DNA of 63,448 nt, counting the filler, from Nemertoderma westbladi (Eukaryota; Animalia; Xenacoelomorpha), in assembly GCA_032718475.1 (NCBI GenBank). It is 3 parts of 3 records of this genome, joined end to end, with 100 filler letters (N's around TTAATTAATTAA, not from the genome) between each part and the next. Parts side by side here need not be neighbours in the genome. Positions count along the whole stretch, not along the records: positions 1 to 31,394 come from JAUCBJ010002751.1; positions 31,495 to 55,147 come from JAUCBJ010005523.1; 1 more part is not named here. One strand, written 5' to 3'. The notes under the pieces are model-generated. The model searched no databases and was not told the DNA's origin. It saw nothing but the letters and a program-made list of their open reading frames with translations. The translations under genes were made by a program, and so were the position numbers. The stretch's first letter is position 1. The number at the start of each line of letters is the position of its first letter. Positions 22,710 through 36,310 of the stretch are shown here, piece by piece.

Positions 22710-22965
22710 TAAATACCGGTATACACTTATAGTACATATAAGTATTATTACAGACTAGGTTTAGTCACAGAATACCGGTATATAATTTCAGCATAAATTT
22801 ATATAAATATATATAATAAGCCTTCCGTAAATACCGGTATACAGCATACACTTATAGTATATATAAGTATTATTATAGACTAGGATTAATTACAGAATAC
22901 CGGTATATAATTTTGGCCTAAATTTATATAAATAAATATAATAAGCCTACCATAAATACCGGTAA
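22710..22965. repeat. Two diverged ~120-bp tandem copies
   Basis: AAATACCGGTATACA...CAGAATACCGGTATATAATTT...ATAATAAGCC occurs twice. Confidence 0.75.
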
Positions 22966-25530
22966 TGTCAATTATTTTATAATAACTGAATTTCTGAATT
23001 TTTATGGTTACTTCCCTTTACTTATTACTGTTATCAAGCAGTAGTTCAACTGATATTAAGACCTAATTGATGTATAACAGGCCTACTATTTTATAAATCC
23101 GTTTGAGTTAATTTATAATATATATATACCCGTATAATGGGTTTTTGTCAATGTTTGAAATAAATGTTATTATTTCTGGGTAAGGAGTCACTGCACAGAA
23201 GCTGAACGCTCTCAGTGAAGTGCTACTTGTTGGATACTAAAACAAATAATTCTACTTTACTAAGTTACTTATTACTACAAATTACATACAATTACTGTGT
23301 GAGATTACAATCTCTAAATAAACACTAAAAATTACACATACAAATTTCAGGGTAATTTTACAGGAAATCTACAAACCAGCCTAACAAGGAGTTAGAATTT
23401 CTGGTTCTTACAAACGGACAGGAAACTACGGTATTTGAAAATAATAAAGTAGTAGTAAATAAATTGCGCTGTCCAGATAAGAAAATACCACCGTCTGATG
23501 ACTTATAGTCTTAAACTATAAGTACTACGTTATGTACCCGGAGTGTCCTTACCTAGAAGTTAATTACCGCAGCCAACCAGAGCTAACATGCCTATTAACC
23601 ACTTTACAACACAAATATACTGCCTACACACTTATTACTTTCGGAAAGCACTGTACACTAAACCCTAAATTAGGTACAAGTACTTATACAACAAATAACC
23701 AGCAGTTAAATATACTTGTACAGCTAAAAGAACCACGGTATCTGCTGGAGTGACCAGAGCATAAAATCACCAGTCTTTACCTACGCCAAGCAGCCCTGAT
23801 GTAGTACCGGGGTTAATTTAACTATAACGGTATGTATAACAAGCACAATTACTGTAGGAATAAACTTGGGGGTTGTGTAGGTTGCGAATACTCGCATAGA
23901 CTCTGAATAATAAATATTACGCTACCCGTGCAGACTATACAAAGAAAATACAGACCAAATGCTGGCAGACTACTGGCAAGCCTAAATAAACTACAGTATA
24001 TGCAGACTCCGAAATGGTTAGTTAGTAGGCCTTCTAACCGAGTAGTACGACTTATTCTTTCGGGGGGGGGGGATTTACCTTACAACACTGGATGCCCCCA
24101 CCTTCCTAACTAGTACTTTATTGGACATACACTCTACACATACTGCAATCGCTTCAGACCCAACAACAGTCAGACAACAATCCAGCCTACAAGTTATTTA
24201 TACAATTTGAGCAGGCTTACACGCCTTCTGCTCAATATTACACTTACAGATAAATAAAACTGACAGAAATAAGTAAAATCCCAATAAAAAACCAGGGCTG
24301 CAGTCCCTGATTAAATATCAAGACCTACCGGTATATAATTATCAAAATCGAATAATACTGCTGTACCTGTAAGTACCGGTTCGGGTAGTTGGGCAGTTAG
24401 GCCTACAGCTTACCGTTCGACCGGTACATTCGAATTTATTGCCTACGTGTAATCAAGAGTTTAAATCTATTATTGTTCTCACCAGAACAATAGACAACTA
24501 TATTTATTGCCTACTCCGCAATCAGAAACTAAAATCTATTATTGTTCGCGCTTTCAGACCTTTAGCAATTTAACCTGCCAATTTTAGGTGTCCTCTTGTT
24601 TATAAATTGACTTTGGCCTATAACAATTATTTAGTGCACATGAAGTAACATTAGCCGAAGCCAGTCTATGCGCGATCATTCACCCACAGTTAAGGGAGAC
24701 TGGATTCGGATGCTTTGAAGTTATTGCGGTGCAGACCTACTGTATTATTCGATTGATCGTTACTATATAATCTCTGACAAATATATTTACTTTCGGGGAA
24801 ATATTAACAGTTCCTTTAGGATGTGGCGCTTTAAGTATATAAACAGAGTTATGACTTATATTAAACACAACGAGATGGCTACTGATTTTCGTAAATACCG
24901 CATTCTTTAGGAGATGCTTTATTATCTGTCACACTACTGCACACGACTTCACAATACTTCACACTGATTTGCCGACCGTCACTGAATTTGATCATATATA
25001 AGGAGGATAGCAACTGACACATGTAGGGATTATGAAATAGCATTTAATACACACAAAAACCACTATAATGTAAGTCGCAATTGCTACAGGTAACCGGTCC
25101 CTCTTACCTTCAGTAATCAAGAAGATTGGGGGTTTTATGATTATTTATCGGTATTCTCCAAATATAACAACATATCCATCAATATACAACAATTAATAAC
25201 AGACAGTAAACAGAAGTAAAATAATGCGGTGAAAGTAATGTTCCCAGAGTATGGATTGATATGACAATATGTGTTATTCAGTGATTCAGATAATAGATTT
25301 ACGTTCCTATAATCAAAGCCATCTAATGTTTGGCCAAAGTCTGAAACTTCTACAGAAGCACAGAAGAATTCTAAGCCGATGTTCCGAGGCTCAGAAAAGG
25401 TAAACAAATGTACAAGAAAAAATGAAAATCGCTCTGATTGGCTGAGCAGAACAAAGAGAGGTTCCACGTTTACAGTAAATCAGCTGACAGATTTCGTCAT
25501 CTGAGTTCCAGTCTTTTAGAGTATTAGGCG

Positions 25531-25665
25531 CATTGCGGCAGAAAATGGCTTGTTATGTCCGCTAAAGCACCTACACGGTACATTGCGGAGAAAATGGCTT
25601 GTTATGTCCGCTAAAGCACCTACACGGTATATTGCGGAGAAAAATGACTTGTTATGTCCGCAAAA
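25531..25665. repeat. ~49-bp tandem repeat, ~2.7 copies
   Basis: CATTGCGGAGAAAATGGCTTGTTATGTCCGCTAAAGCACCTACACGGTA. Confidence 0.85.
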
Positions 25666-25689
25666 GCTTTTACAGAGAGTTCGGTTTCC

Positions 25690-26520
25690 TCACTCCGGTT
25701 TCCTTACCTCCGCTGGGATTTCATCTAATCCACTCGCTTTATTATTGGACATGCTTTTAATGCTTCTTTGGAGTTCGGCAGGTGTGAAGTCGCCTGTTTC
25801 TATAGGTAGTGTCTTGTCATATATTTTCCTTGTAGGTCTGACCTCGATGTTCGGTGGCTGCCCAAGCAAGTTGCTGAAGTGATTATTCCACTTCCCAACA
25901 CGTTCTTCAGGACTATCGGCTTTGAGGCGCTCCTTTGCACAACTTTTCCGACTAGATACCCCATTTGCAGTTTGCCAGGTAAGTGTTGATTGTTGCTGTA
26001 TGTGAGCAGTTGTAATTGCTTCAATTTTATCCTGTATGTAATTTTCCTGGCTGATATTGTAGGAAAATTTAAGATCGTCCTTAGCTTTCTCAACCTTGTT
26101 AATGTTTTCTGTTGTTGGTTGTTCGGTTTTAACTTTATAGGCTTTCTTAAGATCTTCTCTCTTACAAGTAACCTCAGAGTTTTGCCATGACACATACTGT
26201 TTTCGTTTGGGTTTCTAGGGGATATGCCTCTTAGCTGATTCCTTGTGGGCTGTTATTATTCTGGTACATTGAATCGGTGAACTGGTCTTCATCCATTGAT
26301 TGAAGTGCTTCAAAGCGGTTTTTAACTTCTACTGTGCAAGCATCCTTTACAGCATTGTCAGTACTGAGTTTCTCCCAGTCATAGTTGATTTGCTTGCTTG
26401 TCCTGGGTTGGCTGGCTCTCAAACTGAGTCTGATCTCTGCAGTCACAATTCTGTGGTCCGAACCAATTAGGTTGAATGAGCTGTATGCTTCGCAGTTGAT
26501 CATGCTGTTTCTCCACATTA
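25690..26520 (-). pseudogene. Degenerate RTE-like LINE fragment (end of APE endonuclease and linker)
   Basis: GSDHRIVTAEIRLSL, VEVKNRF, W.NHFSNLL and KASGLDEIPAEV, with stops between the pieces. Confidence 0.8.
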
Positions 26521-26631
26521 ATCTAGTTTGGCCTACGTTGTACAAATTAAATAGTTAGATATAATAACATATACCGGTACTGCTGCCTTCATCATTGTGT
26601 ATTGCGTGCTAAGTGACTTGTGCGTTGGTGG

Positions 26632-29322
26632 ATGCGGGGACGCTGCCGTCTCGGTGTAACGGATGAATCCGGGGCCGGAAATTGTACATTTTGTTTCTCT
26701 AGTATAAAATCAAATGAGTCCATTGCATATTGTGTTTTATGTAATTCTCTGTACCACTTACAGTGTGCAACTAGTCGAGATGATATAGTTAGCAACCCTA
26801 GAAATTTCTACTGTATATATTGCCATGACACAATTTTCCCCTTCAGTTCCGTAGTTGATAATGATCCCGATATTTTTCCTTGTTCTTCGTCTTATCATGA
26901 TTTACTAAATAACGAATTTTTTTTGGAAAATAGCGGAAATGTAAATAATGAACCTTTGTCTCTAATAGATCCTGATTCCAACATGGAAACAAATTTTTTC
27001 ACAAATAATTACGATCCTTAAACGTTTTCACAATTTTCACAAACCTTAAAATCAAATACTCTCAGTTTTTTTCACTTAAATTGCCGTAGCCTGCAGTCAA
27101 ATTTAAATGACATTTCTACATTTATAGATCTTCTGCAACATCGCTTTTCGGTAGTATCTTTTACCGAAACTTTCTCTAAGGACGATAGCCGCGTTAAACT
27201 GTATGGTATTCCTGGGTATAAAGCGCCCTATTTACAACATCGTGGTAATACTGTTCGGGGAGGCGTTGCCATGTTTGTTAGGGATGATATAGAGTCAGTA
27301 CAACGTTCCGATTTAGTAATGCCTGATATAGATAATTTATGGGTGGAAATAAATTCCAAAATTCATAATAAAAAATTAATAGTAGGCACTATTTATAGAT
27401 CTCAAAGTATACAGCTAGACCATTTTTTCAACATTTTAGATAATCAACTTGCAAAATTAAACCAATTAAACTGCGATATTGTGATAAATGGCGACTTTAA
27501 TATAAATACCTTAGTAAACTCTAAATCTAATTTTACTTACATGCAAATACTCAATTCTTTCGGTTACCAACAATTAATAGATAAGCCCACTAGAGTTTGT
27601 AGGAGTACAAATTCTTGTATTGATCATTTTATTACAAATAAATATTCAGAAATTATTCAAAGTGGCGTCTTCCCACTTGAAATTGGTACCACCGACCACT
27701 ACGCAATCTTTTCTGCTTTTCGTGATTCTAGAGATTTTTTTGCCGAAAAAAAACATATAAAACATGACTTTTCGAACTTCGATAATAATGCTTTTGTGGC
27801 CGATCTTTCCAACGAAAACAACTGGACTACAACTTCAAATAACTTAACTAATACTGATTTTGAAAATTGCTATTACGATATAGAAAAAATATTTAAGCGC
27901 CATGCCCCAAAACGATGTGTTCCTCTTAGAGAATCGCCACGCAAGCCTTGGTTAACTCCTGACTTAGTAAATAAAATTAATATTAAACATAAATTATATT
28001 CCAATTATGTAAAAATAAAAACAATAAGAAACCACGAGATCTATAAACGATTCCGTAACAAATTGTCAACTTTATTAAAACAACGGGAACGCGCTTTTTT
28101 TTCAAATCAATTCCAATTACATTCAAAAAATATTAAAAAAACTTGGAGACTAATAAACCAAGTCTTAAGTAAACGTTCAGATCGCTCCTCACCAATCTGT
28201 ATTAAAGAGCCAAATACTGGCGTTAAGCTAACCAATCCAAACAAAATTGCAGAGACTTTTAACTTGTTTTATACCTCAGTGGGCCAAGCACTAGCCAATG
28301 AAATCGAGGATACTAATAAAAGTCCATCATTTTATATAAAAACCCCGCAGTCAAATTCTTTTGCTCTTTTAGAGATTTCTCCAGAGGAACTACAAAAAAT
28401 AATTATGGACCTACCTGACGATAAATCAAGTAATGACGAATTTTCAATAAAATTATTAAATATAGGTTCACTCCATATTGCGAATAAGTTAACTCCTTTT
28501 ATTAATAACTGTATACGTACATCATCTTTTCCAGACTTTTTGAAGATTGCTAGAGTGGTTCCAATTTGCAAGGGAGGAGACCCCACTGACACATCAAACT
28601 ATAGGCCTATTTCAATACTAAGCATTGTCAGTAAAGTTCTCGAACGTGTAATATATGACCAATTAATTGTATACATAACTAAATATAAAATTATTTGTAA
28701 TAACCAGTACGGATTTAGGAAAAAATTATCTACATACCATGCCTTATTACAAATTACCGAAAATATTCGAGACACCTTGGACAATTACGAATCTTCTTGT
28801 GTAATCTACGTCGACTTGAAGAAGGCGTTCGATACACTATCCCATAAAATTCTTCTAAATAAACTCGAACTTTATGGTATCCGCGGGCCTCCTTTAGATT
28901 TACTAAAATCATATTATCTTACTAACCGAAAGCAGTATGTAGTAGTCGGCGACCACTACTCCTCTTTGCGCGATATCCAGTTAGGCGTCCCACAAGGCTC
29001 CATATTAGGCCCCCTCCTCTTTATTCTTTATGTAAATGATCTTCCGTTGTGTAGTAACCTAAATACTGTACTATTTGCCGATGACACGAGCTTGTCTGCC
29101 AGTGGTAAATCGGTTGGTGATCTGATAGCTACAGTAATGTAAATAATGAGTTAGGTAAAGTGGTAGAATGGCTTAATACAAATAAATTATCCCTAAATTT
29201 AAAAAAACTGAATATTCGTTATTTTCTAACTTGTCTCTAGATTATTCTTCAGCACCTAAGGTTAAAATTAAAATACAGAATTAAGATTAAAATCTACAGT
29301 TAAATACTTGGGTATCTTACTA
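26632..29322 (+). mobile_element. CR1-group (L2/Crack/Daphne-like) LINE ORF2: PHD finger, APE endonuclease, RT; frameshifted and cut at the 3' end
   Basis: PHD CTFC..CVLC...HLQC..CIYC followed by FPF and DPD. Endonuclease HLNCRS, TET, GDFNIN, TDHYAI. RT NYRPISIL, QYGFR, DLKKAFD, GVPQGSILGP, FADD, KYLG. Frame breaks near 27020 and 29140. Confidence 0.9.
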
Positions 29323-31394
29323 GGATCGGCATGCTGCATTGCAGCTGCATTTTTAAGAATGCTGCTTGTCAACAAAATTGCACCGCCACAACTCCCTATC
29401 ACCCATGACAATTGCTAGATCATCCGCATCTTTAAGGCCAGTGTCCTTTAAGATGCGTCTCAAGAAAGTCATGGGCTGTCCACCATGCTTATTCACTCCA
29501 TGAGGCTGCCAAAGTACAAGATTATGCACTGGCTGGTCCTCACGGCGAAAGCAATGTCCTGCAAAGCGGAGGCGATTTTGTTCTAGTGTCAAGCTTGGGG
29601 GAACCAATGAGACACCTCCAATGTTATATAGTGTCTGGTTGGAGATGTGTGCATTGTACTTGACACAATGAACCCGGCGTAGCATTCTTGTGAATGTGCC
29701 ATCCAGAGATTTGGTGTCCTCAGCAGTTAGAGCCCAGCATGGACTCCCGTAGAGGAGTACTGGAACTACTGCTGCTTTAAATAATCGGACCTTAAGTTTC
29801 CGATTAATTCTCGGTGACTTCCAAATCCTGGAAAGCCTATTCAAGGCTGCCCATGCCTTTCCCTTACGTATTCGAAGGTCCTCACCTGACTTCCGGATCC
29901 ATGATCCCAGGTAACAGAAGTCGTCCACATGCTCAAGCATACCATCCTTTGAGCTTATGCTCATCCGATCAGAGACTTGCTGAGGACTTTCAAAGTTAAC
30001 GGTCAGAATTTTGGTCTTTCTGGAGTTAATAAAAAGACCAACACTAGAAGCAGCATGTTCTAATGAGCTGAGGAGCCGTTGGGCTCCCTCTAATGATTCT
30101 GAGAGTACTCCTAAGTCATCAGCAAAGTCTAGATCAGTTAGGTACTTGGCAGGATTTCCGCGACTTCTGGAGCCAGTAGGTGGAGTTATCATCACCCCAT
30201 CATCATTATGATGATCTAAGGACATGCGTAGAACATAGTCAACCACAATAATGAACAAGAATGGTGCAAGTGTGTCTCCTTGGAGGACGCCCCATAATAC
30301 TTCAAATGGTTCTGTGTCACCGTCAACAGTAGACACAAATGTTGTCGAACCATCGTATACTGATCTGATTGCTGCAATAATTTCATCAGGAATCCCATAT
30401 AATGAAAGTATGCTGAACATACGTGAGCGAGAGACTGAATCAAAGGCCTTGAAGAAGTCAACAAAGATAACAGCCAGATGCCTGTCTTTCTTTTTTAATA
30501 ATTCTTCAATTATCCTTCTAAGTGCCAAAATGGGCTCCATGGTCCCACGACCTTTACGGAACCCATTCTGATTTCCACGGAGCAGTCTCTCAATGGGATC
30601 CCTGATGCGATTTAATTGAATCCTAATAGCTTTGCAGCAATCGAGATCAATGAGATTCCCCGAAAAGAACCATAGAGTGTTAGGTTGCCCTTCTTGGGAA
30701 CTGGCACCAACTTATTTGTTTTCATTTCTTGTGGGACTCTTGTTGTTCGGTACATGTCTACTATGATGGGATAGATGAGCTTTAAACACTCAGGTATTTT
30801 AAAGACCTCAGGGGGAACACCATCTACTCCACTGGCACGATTGGTCTTAATGCTCTTTGCAGCAGCCTTCACTTCTGCAAAGGAGATATCGCCAATGGGA
30901 ATATCTGGGAGTACAGACTCAGACACTTTTACTTCTATAAAGTTATCAGGCAATACCCTGTCATTATTGAGGAGCTTTTCAAAGAGGGCTTTCCAACCAT
31001 TGAGGCGATCGGCTGGTGATTCCGCCTTAACCTTGGTGGTTGGTTGGCTTTTCCGCCCAGTAAGCAGATTGATTGATTTCCATGCCTGGGATGATTGCCT
31101 GCTGTCGTCAGCATCATTGATGGCATCAACCTGTTGGTTTACTAGCTCCTGTAGATTAACAGAGTACTGCCTGTTCAGGGACCTAGATGCAGCCTTAACT
31201 GCATTCTTGGCCGCTGTAGTCTGTTTGAGTCGGGACTCTTTCTGCGCCTTATGAATTTCATTTCGGCACTTCTGAATTTTGTTGTCAGTCCAGGGGGCCC
31301 TTTTCCTGTTTCGAGGGTATACAGGAACTGTTTCTGCAGCTGCTAACTTAACTGCTTCTGTAAAGGCAGTATAGCCCTCACTGTGATCTGCCGC
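29319..31394 (-). mobile_element. RTE-clade LINE (RT and C-terminal region plus 3' end), runs into the gap
   Basis: VPKKGNL...FRGISL, QNGFR, VDFFKAFDSV, GVLQGDTLAPFLF, DFADD, YLGS, LLYG...W, RFAGH. One frameshift near 30612; short TAG tail at the junction. Confidence 0.92.
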
Positions 31395-31494
31395 NNNNNN
31401 NNNNNNNNNNNNNNNNNNNNNNNNNNNNNNNNNNNNNNTTAATTAATTAANNNNNNNNNNNNNNNNNNNNNNNNNNNNNNNNNNNNNNNNNNNN
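31395..31494. other. Scaffold gap with TTAATTAATTAA linker
   Basis: N-runs around an all-frame stop linker; an assembly artefact. Confidence 0.97.
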
Positions 31495-31590
31495 GAGTTG
31501 TGGCGGTGCAATTTTGTTGACAAGCCGGCACAGCATTCTTAAAAATGCAGCTGCAATGCAGCATGCCGATCCTAGTAGTAGTAGTAGTAG
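31495..31590 (+). mobile_element. 3' end of a second copy of the same RTE, opposite orientation, with (TAG)n tail
   Basis: Reverse complement of ~29319-29393 with a 6-bp indel, followed by TAGTAGTAG. Confidence 0.88.
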
Positions 31591-31859
31591 TCTGTGCCTC
31601 AGTGAGGCATAGTCTGTGCCTCAGTGAGGCATAATCTGTGCCTCAGTTCCTCAGTGAGGCATAGTCTGTGCCTCAGTGAGGCATAGTCTGTGCCTCAGTG
31701 AGGCATATGCTGTGCCTCAGTGAGGCATATGCTGTGCCTCAGTGCCTCAGTGAGGTATAGTCTGTGCCTCAGTGAGGCATATGCTGTGCCTCAGTGAGGC
31801 ATAGTCTTTGCCTCAGAGCCTCAGTGAGGCATAGTCTGTGCTTCAGTGCCTCAGTGAGG
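31588..31859. repeat. 22-bp minisatellite with palindromic core TGCCTCAGTGAGGCA
   Basis: About 11 copies of TAGTCTGTGCCTCAGTGAGGCA directly after the RTE tail. Confidence 0.92.
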
Positions 31860-33617
31860 ATGATGGTAGGGAAATAATAAAACATGGGCAGTAAAACTTT
31901 AAAGTGCTAATTATGAACAGTGGAGAATTTAATTTTATTTATTTGTGGGGAATTAATTGTAGTTATGCTCTTAAACTTTCTAGAACAACCAAATAATGAC
32001 GTGGTGACATACTGGAAATACTGTACATAGTAAATGTATGGCGTGGAGATATGGTAGTGCGAAATTATTTTTTTTTTACCGGAAACAAGTTTTATAAATA
32101 CATGTAGGCCCTAATAGATAAAAAAAAAAGGATAAATTAGTTGTAGATAAAATAGTTGTTGATAAAAAAAAAACGTGTCAGAAATAACTTCTTGTCACTA
32201 CTACTGTAATTTAATTTAACCGAAATTCAGATGTTCTGCCCTCGTGTATTGAATTTTGCATTCGATGGCATTTTAGGTGCAATTCCTGCAAAACCTAAAA
32301 CTTTCGGACAGCATAATTGAATTTGGGTAAATTAAATTAGTGACAAAAACTGCTTATTTCCAAGACTGTTATCTTATCGAAGAACATTACTTTCTCAGAA
32401 AGTCCAAATCTAGATCAGAAATATTATATCTTTGCACTAAGCCCACACTTTTGGTGCGTTATATTTCTCAGCAAATCCTGTAAAGATAAGTACCCTGCGC
32501 AACCTACCCTACAGAAAATAAATATCACATTCCCACGATCCGATCAAAATTGCTAAATGCCTGCAGTTAAGGGGGCCAATTATAACCCCTACAGAAATGA
32601 AATTTCGAAAATTTACACAATTTTTTGCTGTTTGAAAGAAGGTCTTTCATAAAAGGTATATCGGTTTTCAACATTGAATTATTTTTTGACCTTAAAACTG
32701 CTCTTTTCAACAACATAATATATTGCTGATATTTATGACTCTCTGTATAAAACAACCTTTTTATCAGTTTGTCAATTTTGACTTTTATCATCACTAAATT
32801 CCCAACTACTATATTATTTTTTACTCAATTGCCATCAAACATATACCAAAATATTCAGCAGCTTTAGGTATACTATCGTTGGGATCTTCTAGAAGCGATT
32901 TAGTACCTGCTACACTTTGTCTATCGCAAAATATTTGATTCCCAAAATATAACCCGGACAAACCCCCATAAATTTTTCAATAACAATAATTTTGTGCTAA
33001 AATTTTCATAGAAGGTAGCCTTCATATCTAGGTCCATTTTAACAAAGTCTTGGACCAAGAACTTTAATGCAGGTGGTATTAAAGATCCTTAAAGATGAGC
33101 TAATTTACATATAAATGCCTCAAAATTTATATAACTTTTGAAAAAAACCGATTAAAAAAAAGTGCCATATTTTTCGAACAAACGGTTTATGAAGCTGTCT
33201 ATACTCAATTTTCATAGTATATAAAAGATCACAGATCATTGTGTTAAAGTTTCATAATAGTACCTTTATAAATAAAACAAATAGATTTGGGGTAATGGTC
33301 CCATTAATATATCTTGAGAAATTCTACCAAAACCATTACACTTTTTATAGCATAAAAAGTGTATTTGTAGGCATTTATAGGTTTTATAGGCATAATAGGC
33401 CATTTCGTAATGTTACATTTCTTGATGGATACTATTTTTGCAAAGTACTTATTATTAAAGTAATTGGTACTTATTGGCAACGAGTCATCCAACGAAAATA
33501 CTTTATATTTCCTTCGCAACATTTTGACAATTTCAGTTGTCTTTAGCAGCTTTTTCTTTTGAAAGGGTTTGCGGAAAAATATTTAATTTTCGCGCCATTT
33601 TTGGAAATTACTAAAAT

Positions 33618-33653
33618 GTGCCTTAGGGCCACCAGAGGCTTAATCCGGCACTG
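33618..33653 (-). mobile_element. Possible single terminus of a hAT-like DNA transposon
   Basis: CAGTGCCGGATTAAGCC...GGCCCTAAGGCAC resembles common hAT MITE ends; the partner end was not found. Confidence 0.3.
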
Positions 33654-34879
33654 AGAGGTCGGTGAATCATCCATTTCGCTCCGCGAGCTAACAGGCTACT
33701 GACGTCGCGCCGTCGCCGCCCAGTTCCTATCTAACGGCTCGCACCACAAGCTCTGTCGCGGTAAACGGTGCTGGAGGCCGACTCCCACTTGCGCCTACTT
33801 TCTTTGCGACGCTCCAGTCGCTGGGAAGGACCACGACCGGTATTCCGACGCACCGATCGCTACTACAATGCGATCTGTTCCTGCACTCCCTTCATTCGCA
33901 CACATAACTCTATATTGCGAAATATATTAATTACTTTACCTACTCATCAATATTATATTTTTATTCTGAACAATTTCTATTATTTTTACTACATATTATA
34001 TATTTTTTTTAGATATGCTACGAAAAATGTAAATTTTAAATTAATAGAAACAAAATACCAAAACCCAATATTTGGTATTTCTTTATATTATTTATCTTTT
34101 CAGGACTGTTACGGCCATATTAAATATAAAAATATTATAAATTCGGTGCATAAATGATAAATATATATTTATATGCATACCAGTTACATACACCATATGG
34201 TGGTAATAAAAGCTCTGATTTCAATACCACAAACTGTTCGCGTATAGCCAATTTAATTTACCTCAAACAAAAGGACATATTTGTATTTTAGCATATATTT
34301 TGGGTATCACAATAGCTGACTCTCTGTTCTGGGGACAATATTATATATTTAAATACATTTGAGCTATAGTTGAGTTTGCTTGCACTAACACTATTCTATA
34401 ATTAATAAGTAATGAGGCAGTTGAACAGGTGTGTTCTAATTTGAACCAGTTTTACCCCCAAGAAAAACAAATGATTACTGCACATTTTCTTGAGTGTCTA
34501 ACTGTACTTTGAAGATACCTGAGACTCATCAATAATGAATCTTTAATAACAGTGCCACACAAACCCCATAGTGCATTGACTGTCAAACCTGCACAAATTA
34601 TTCAGCCGGCTTGTTAAATTTGAGAAACAGATTATGGTAGGATCAAATAATTTATAAAGGAAATATACTATGAAACAACTCCAATGATAACAATAAACCA
34701 TTTGTTAAACTAATGAACTCAATAGTAAAGTAAATGGTACCGGTAGGTAATATTATACTTTTGGTTAAATTAATCTGATAGCGACAATAATTTCCATAAC
34801 AATCACATACACTGTATTATGTTGAAAATTCGTTACTTGTTGAAAATATTTCAGAAAAACTGTTTGTACAGCTACACTT

Positions 34880-36310
34880 TTAATATACAATGGTCCCACA
34901 ATTATTGTGAATACCACTGATGGTGACACAGACCAAGATCCATGGGTGTCATCAAGGGAGACACATTTGCTCCATTCTTTTTCATAATTATGGTGGATTA
35001 CGTTCTAAGCATATCTTTAGACCATTTTATTAAATATATGGGGTGATGGTAACTACACACTCCACCTACACGAAGTGGGGACTTCGCGCAGCACGAAGTT
35101 GGCAGAGCCTTAGCGAATTGACACTGTTAGGGGGTAGGTCAATTTATGCAAATAGTCACGTTGGCCCTCTAGCGGCAGACTGGAGAACTGCAGATGGATT
35201 CGCCTCCTTTGAAAGTCACAGCTAATGGTCTAATACATATCTGCCAAGTTTCAGCTTAAACGGATTAAAAGCAAAGAAATGGGAGGGCATTTAATGTTTA
35301 GACATGTGGCCCTCTAGCGGGAGACCATTGCACTGATGGTGTCTGAAAGTCTCTCAAAAATCTCAACTTTTGCTCATATTGATACCTACAAATTTTCAAC
35401 TTGGCAGCTTTAAATCCGACAAAGTTATTAGCATGTCAAAATCGTAACGACGACGACGACGACAACGACGACGACGACGACAACGACGACGACGACGACA
35501 ACGACGACGACGACAACTATTTGCATAAATTGACCCACCCCCTAACAGTGTCAATTCGCTAAGGCTCCGCCAACTTCGTGGCTCGCCCCACAGGCTACAG
35601 AAGTCGAAGAAATCCAAGTACCTAACTGTTCTAGACTCTGCTGGTGACTTTAGATTACTGATAGAATCACTACAGGGACCCCAAAGGCTCCTCAGCAGAC
35701 TTATTCTAGTTGGGACTCCAAGAAGACCAAAATTTTAACAGCAAACTTTGACAGTCTTCAGGAAATGTCTGATCATATGAGCATAAGCTTCAGTAATGGT
35801 GTGCTTGAGCATGTGGATGACTTCTGCTACTTGGGATCATGGATACATAATTTAAGTCAGGTGAATACGTAAGGGGAAAACATGGGCAGCATTACCTTGT
35901 CTGTCCAGGGTTTGGCAGTCATAAACAAAACTGGATCTCAGGCTTTGACTCTAGAGCTTTAGAGCAGTATATTGACTTTAGAGCAGCATTAGAACCAGTA
36001 CTCCTATCTAAATGGGAGTCCTGTGTCAAGTATTATGGACACATCTCTAATAAGACGGTGTACAGCATTGGAGTTATCCCATTAGTTCAACTCCAAGTTG
36101 GACACTTGAAGAGAACCGCCTCCGCTTTGTATGACATTGCTTTCGCCATGAGGACCAGGACCAGCCAGTGCAAATCTTGTACGTGGCGGCATTATGGTGA
36201 GAATGAATCTGGTGGAGGGTCCATTACTTTCTTGAGACCCCTCATATAAACAGCTCATGCCTTGAAGCTGTGATTAATGTCGCGAAAGTCATGGGTAACG
36301 GGACATTGAA
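34880..36310 (+). pseudogene. Old degenerate copy of the same RTE family
   Basis: Decayed matches to the 29.3-30.5 kb element (DGDT, FIIMVDYVL.ISLDH, GVLEHVDDFCYLGSWI), with many stops and frameshifts. Confidence 0.8.
35070..35590. mobile_element. Non-autonomous insert with ~65-bp subterminal inverted repeats and an (ACG)n microsatellite; Helentron/HINE-like or MITE
   Basis: Inverted repeat at 35092-35156 vs 35516-35580, (CGA/CAA)n at 35447-35515, repeated GGCCCTCTAGCGG and AAGTTTCA-type cores. It interrupts the RTE relic cleanly. Confidence 0.65.

Noticed and set aside
23819-23831. TAACTATAACGGT, resembling the LSU rRNA/I-CeuI site
   Set aside because: Only 13 nt match and there is no surrounding rRNA similarity.
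31439-31450. TTAATTAATTAA palindrome inside N-runs (also at 55192-55203)
   Set aside because: It is an artificial scaffold linker.
32567-33307. Possible TTAA-flanked Kolobok-like MITE
   Set aside because: The putative terminal repeats match too poorly to support a call.
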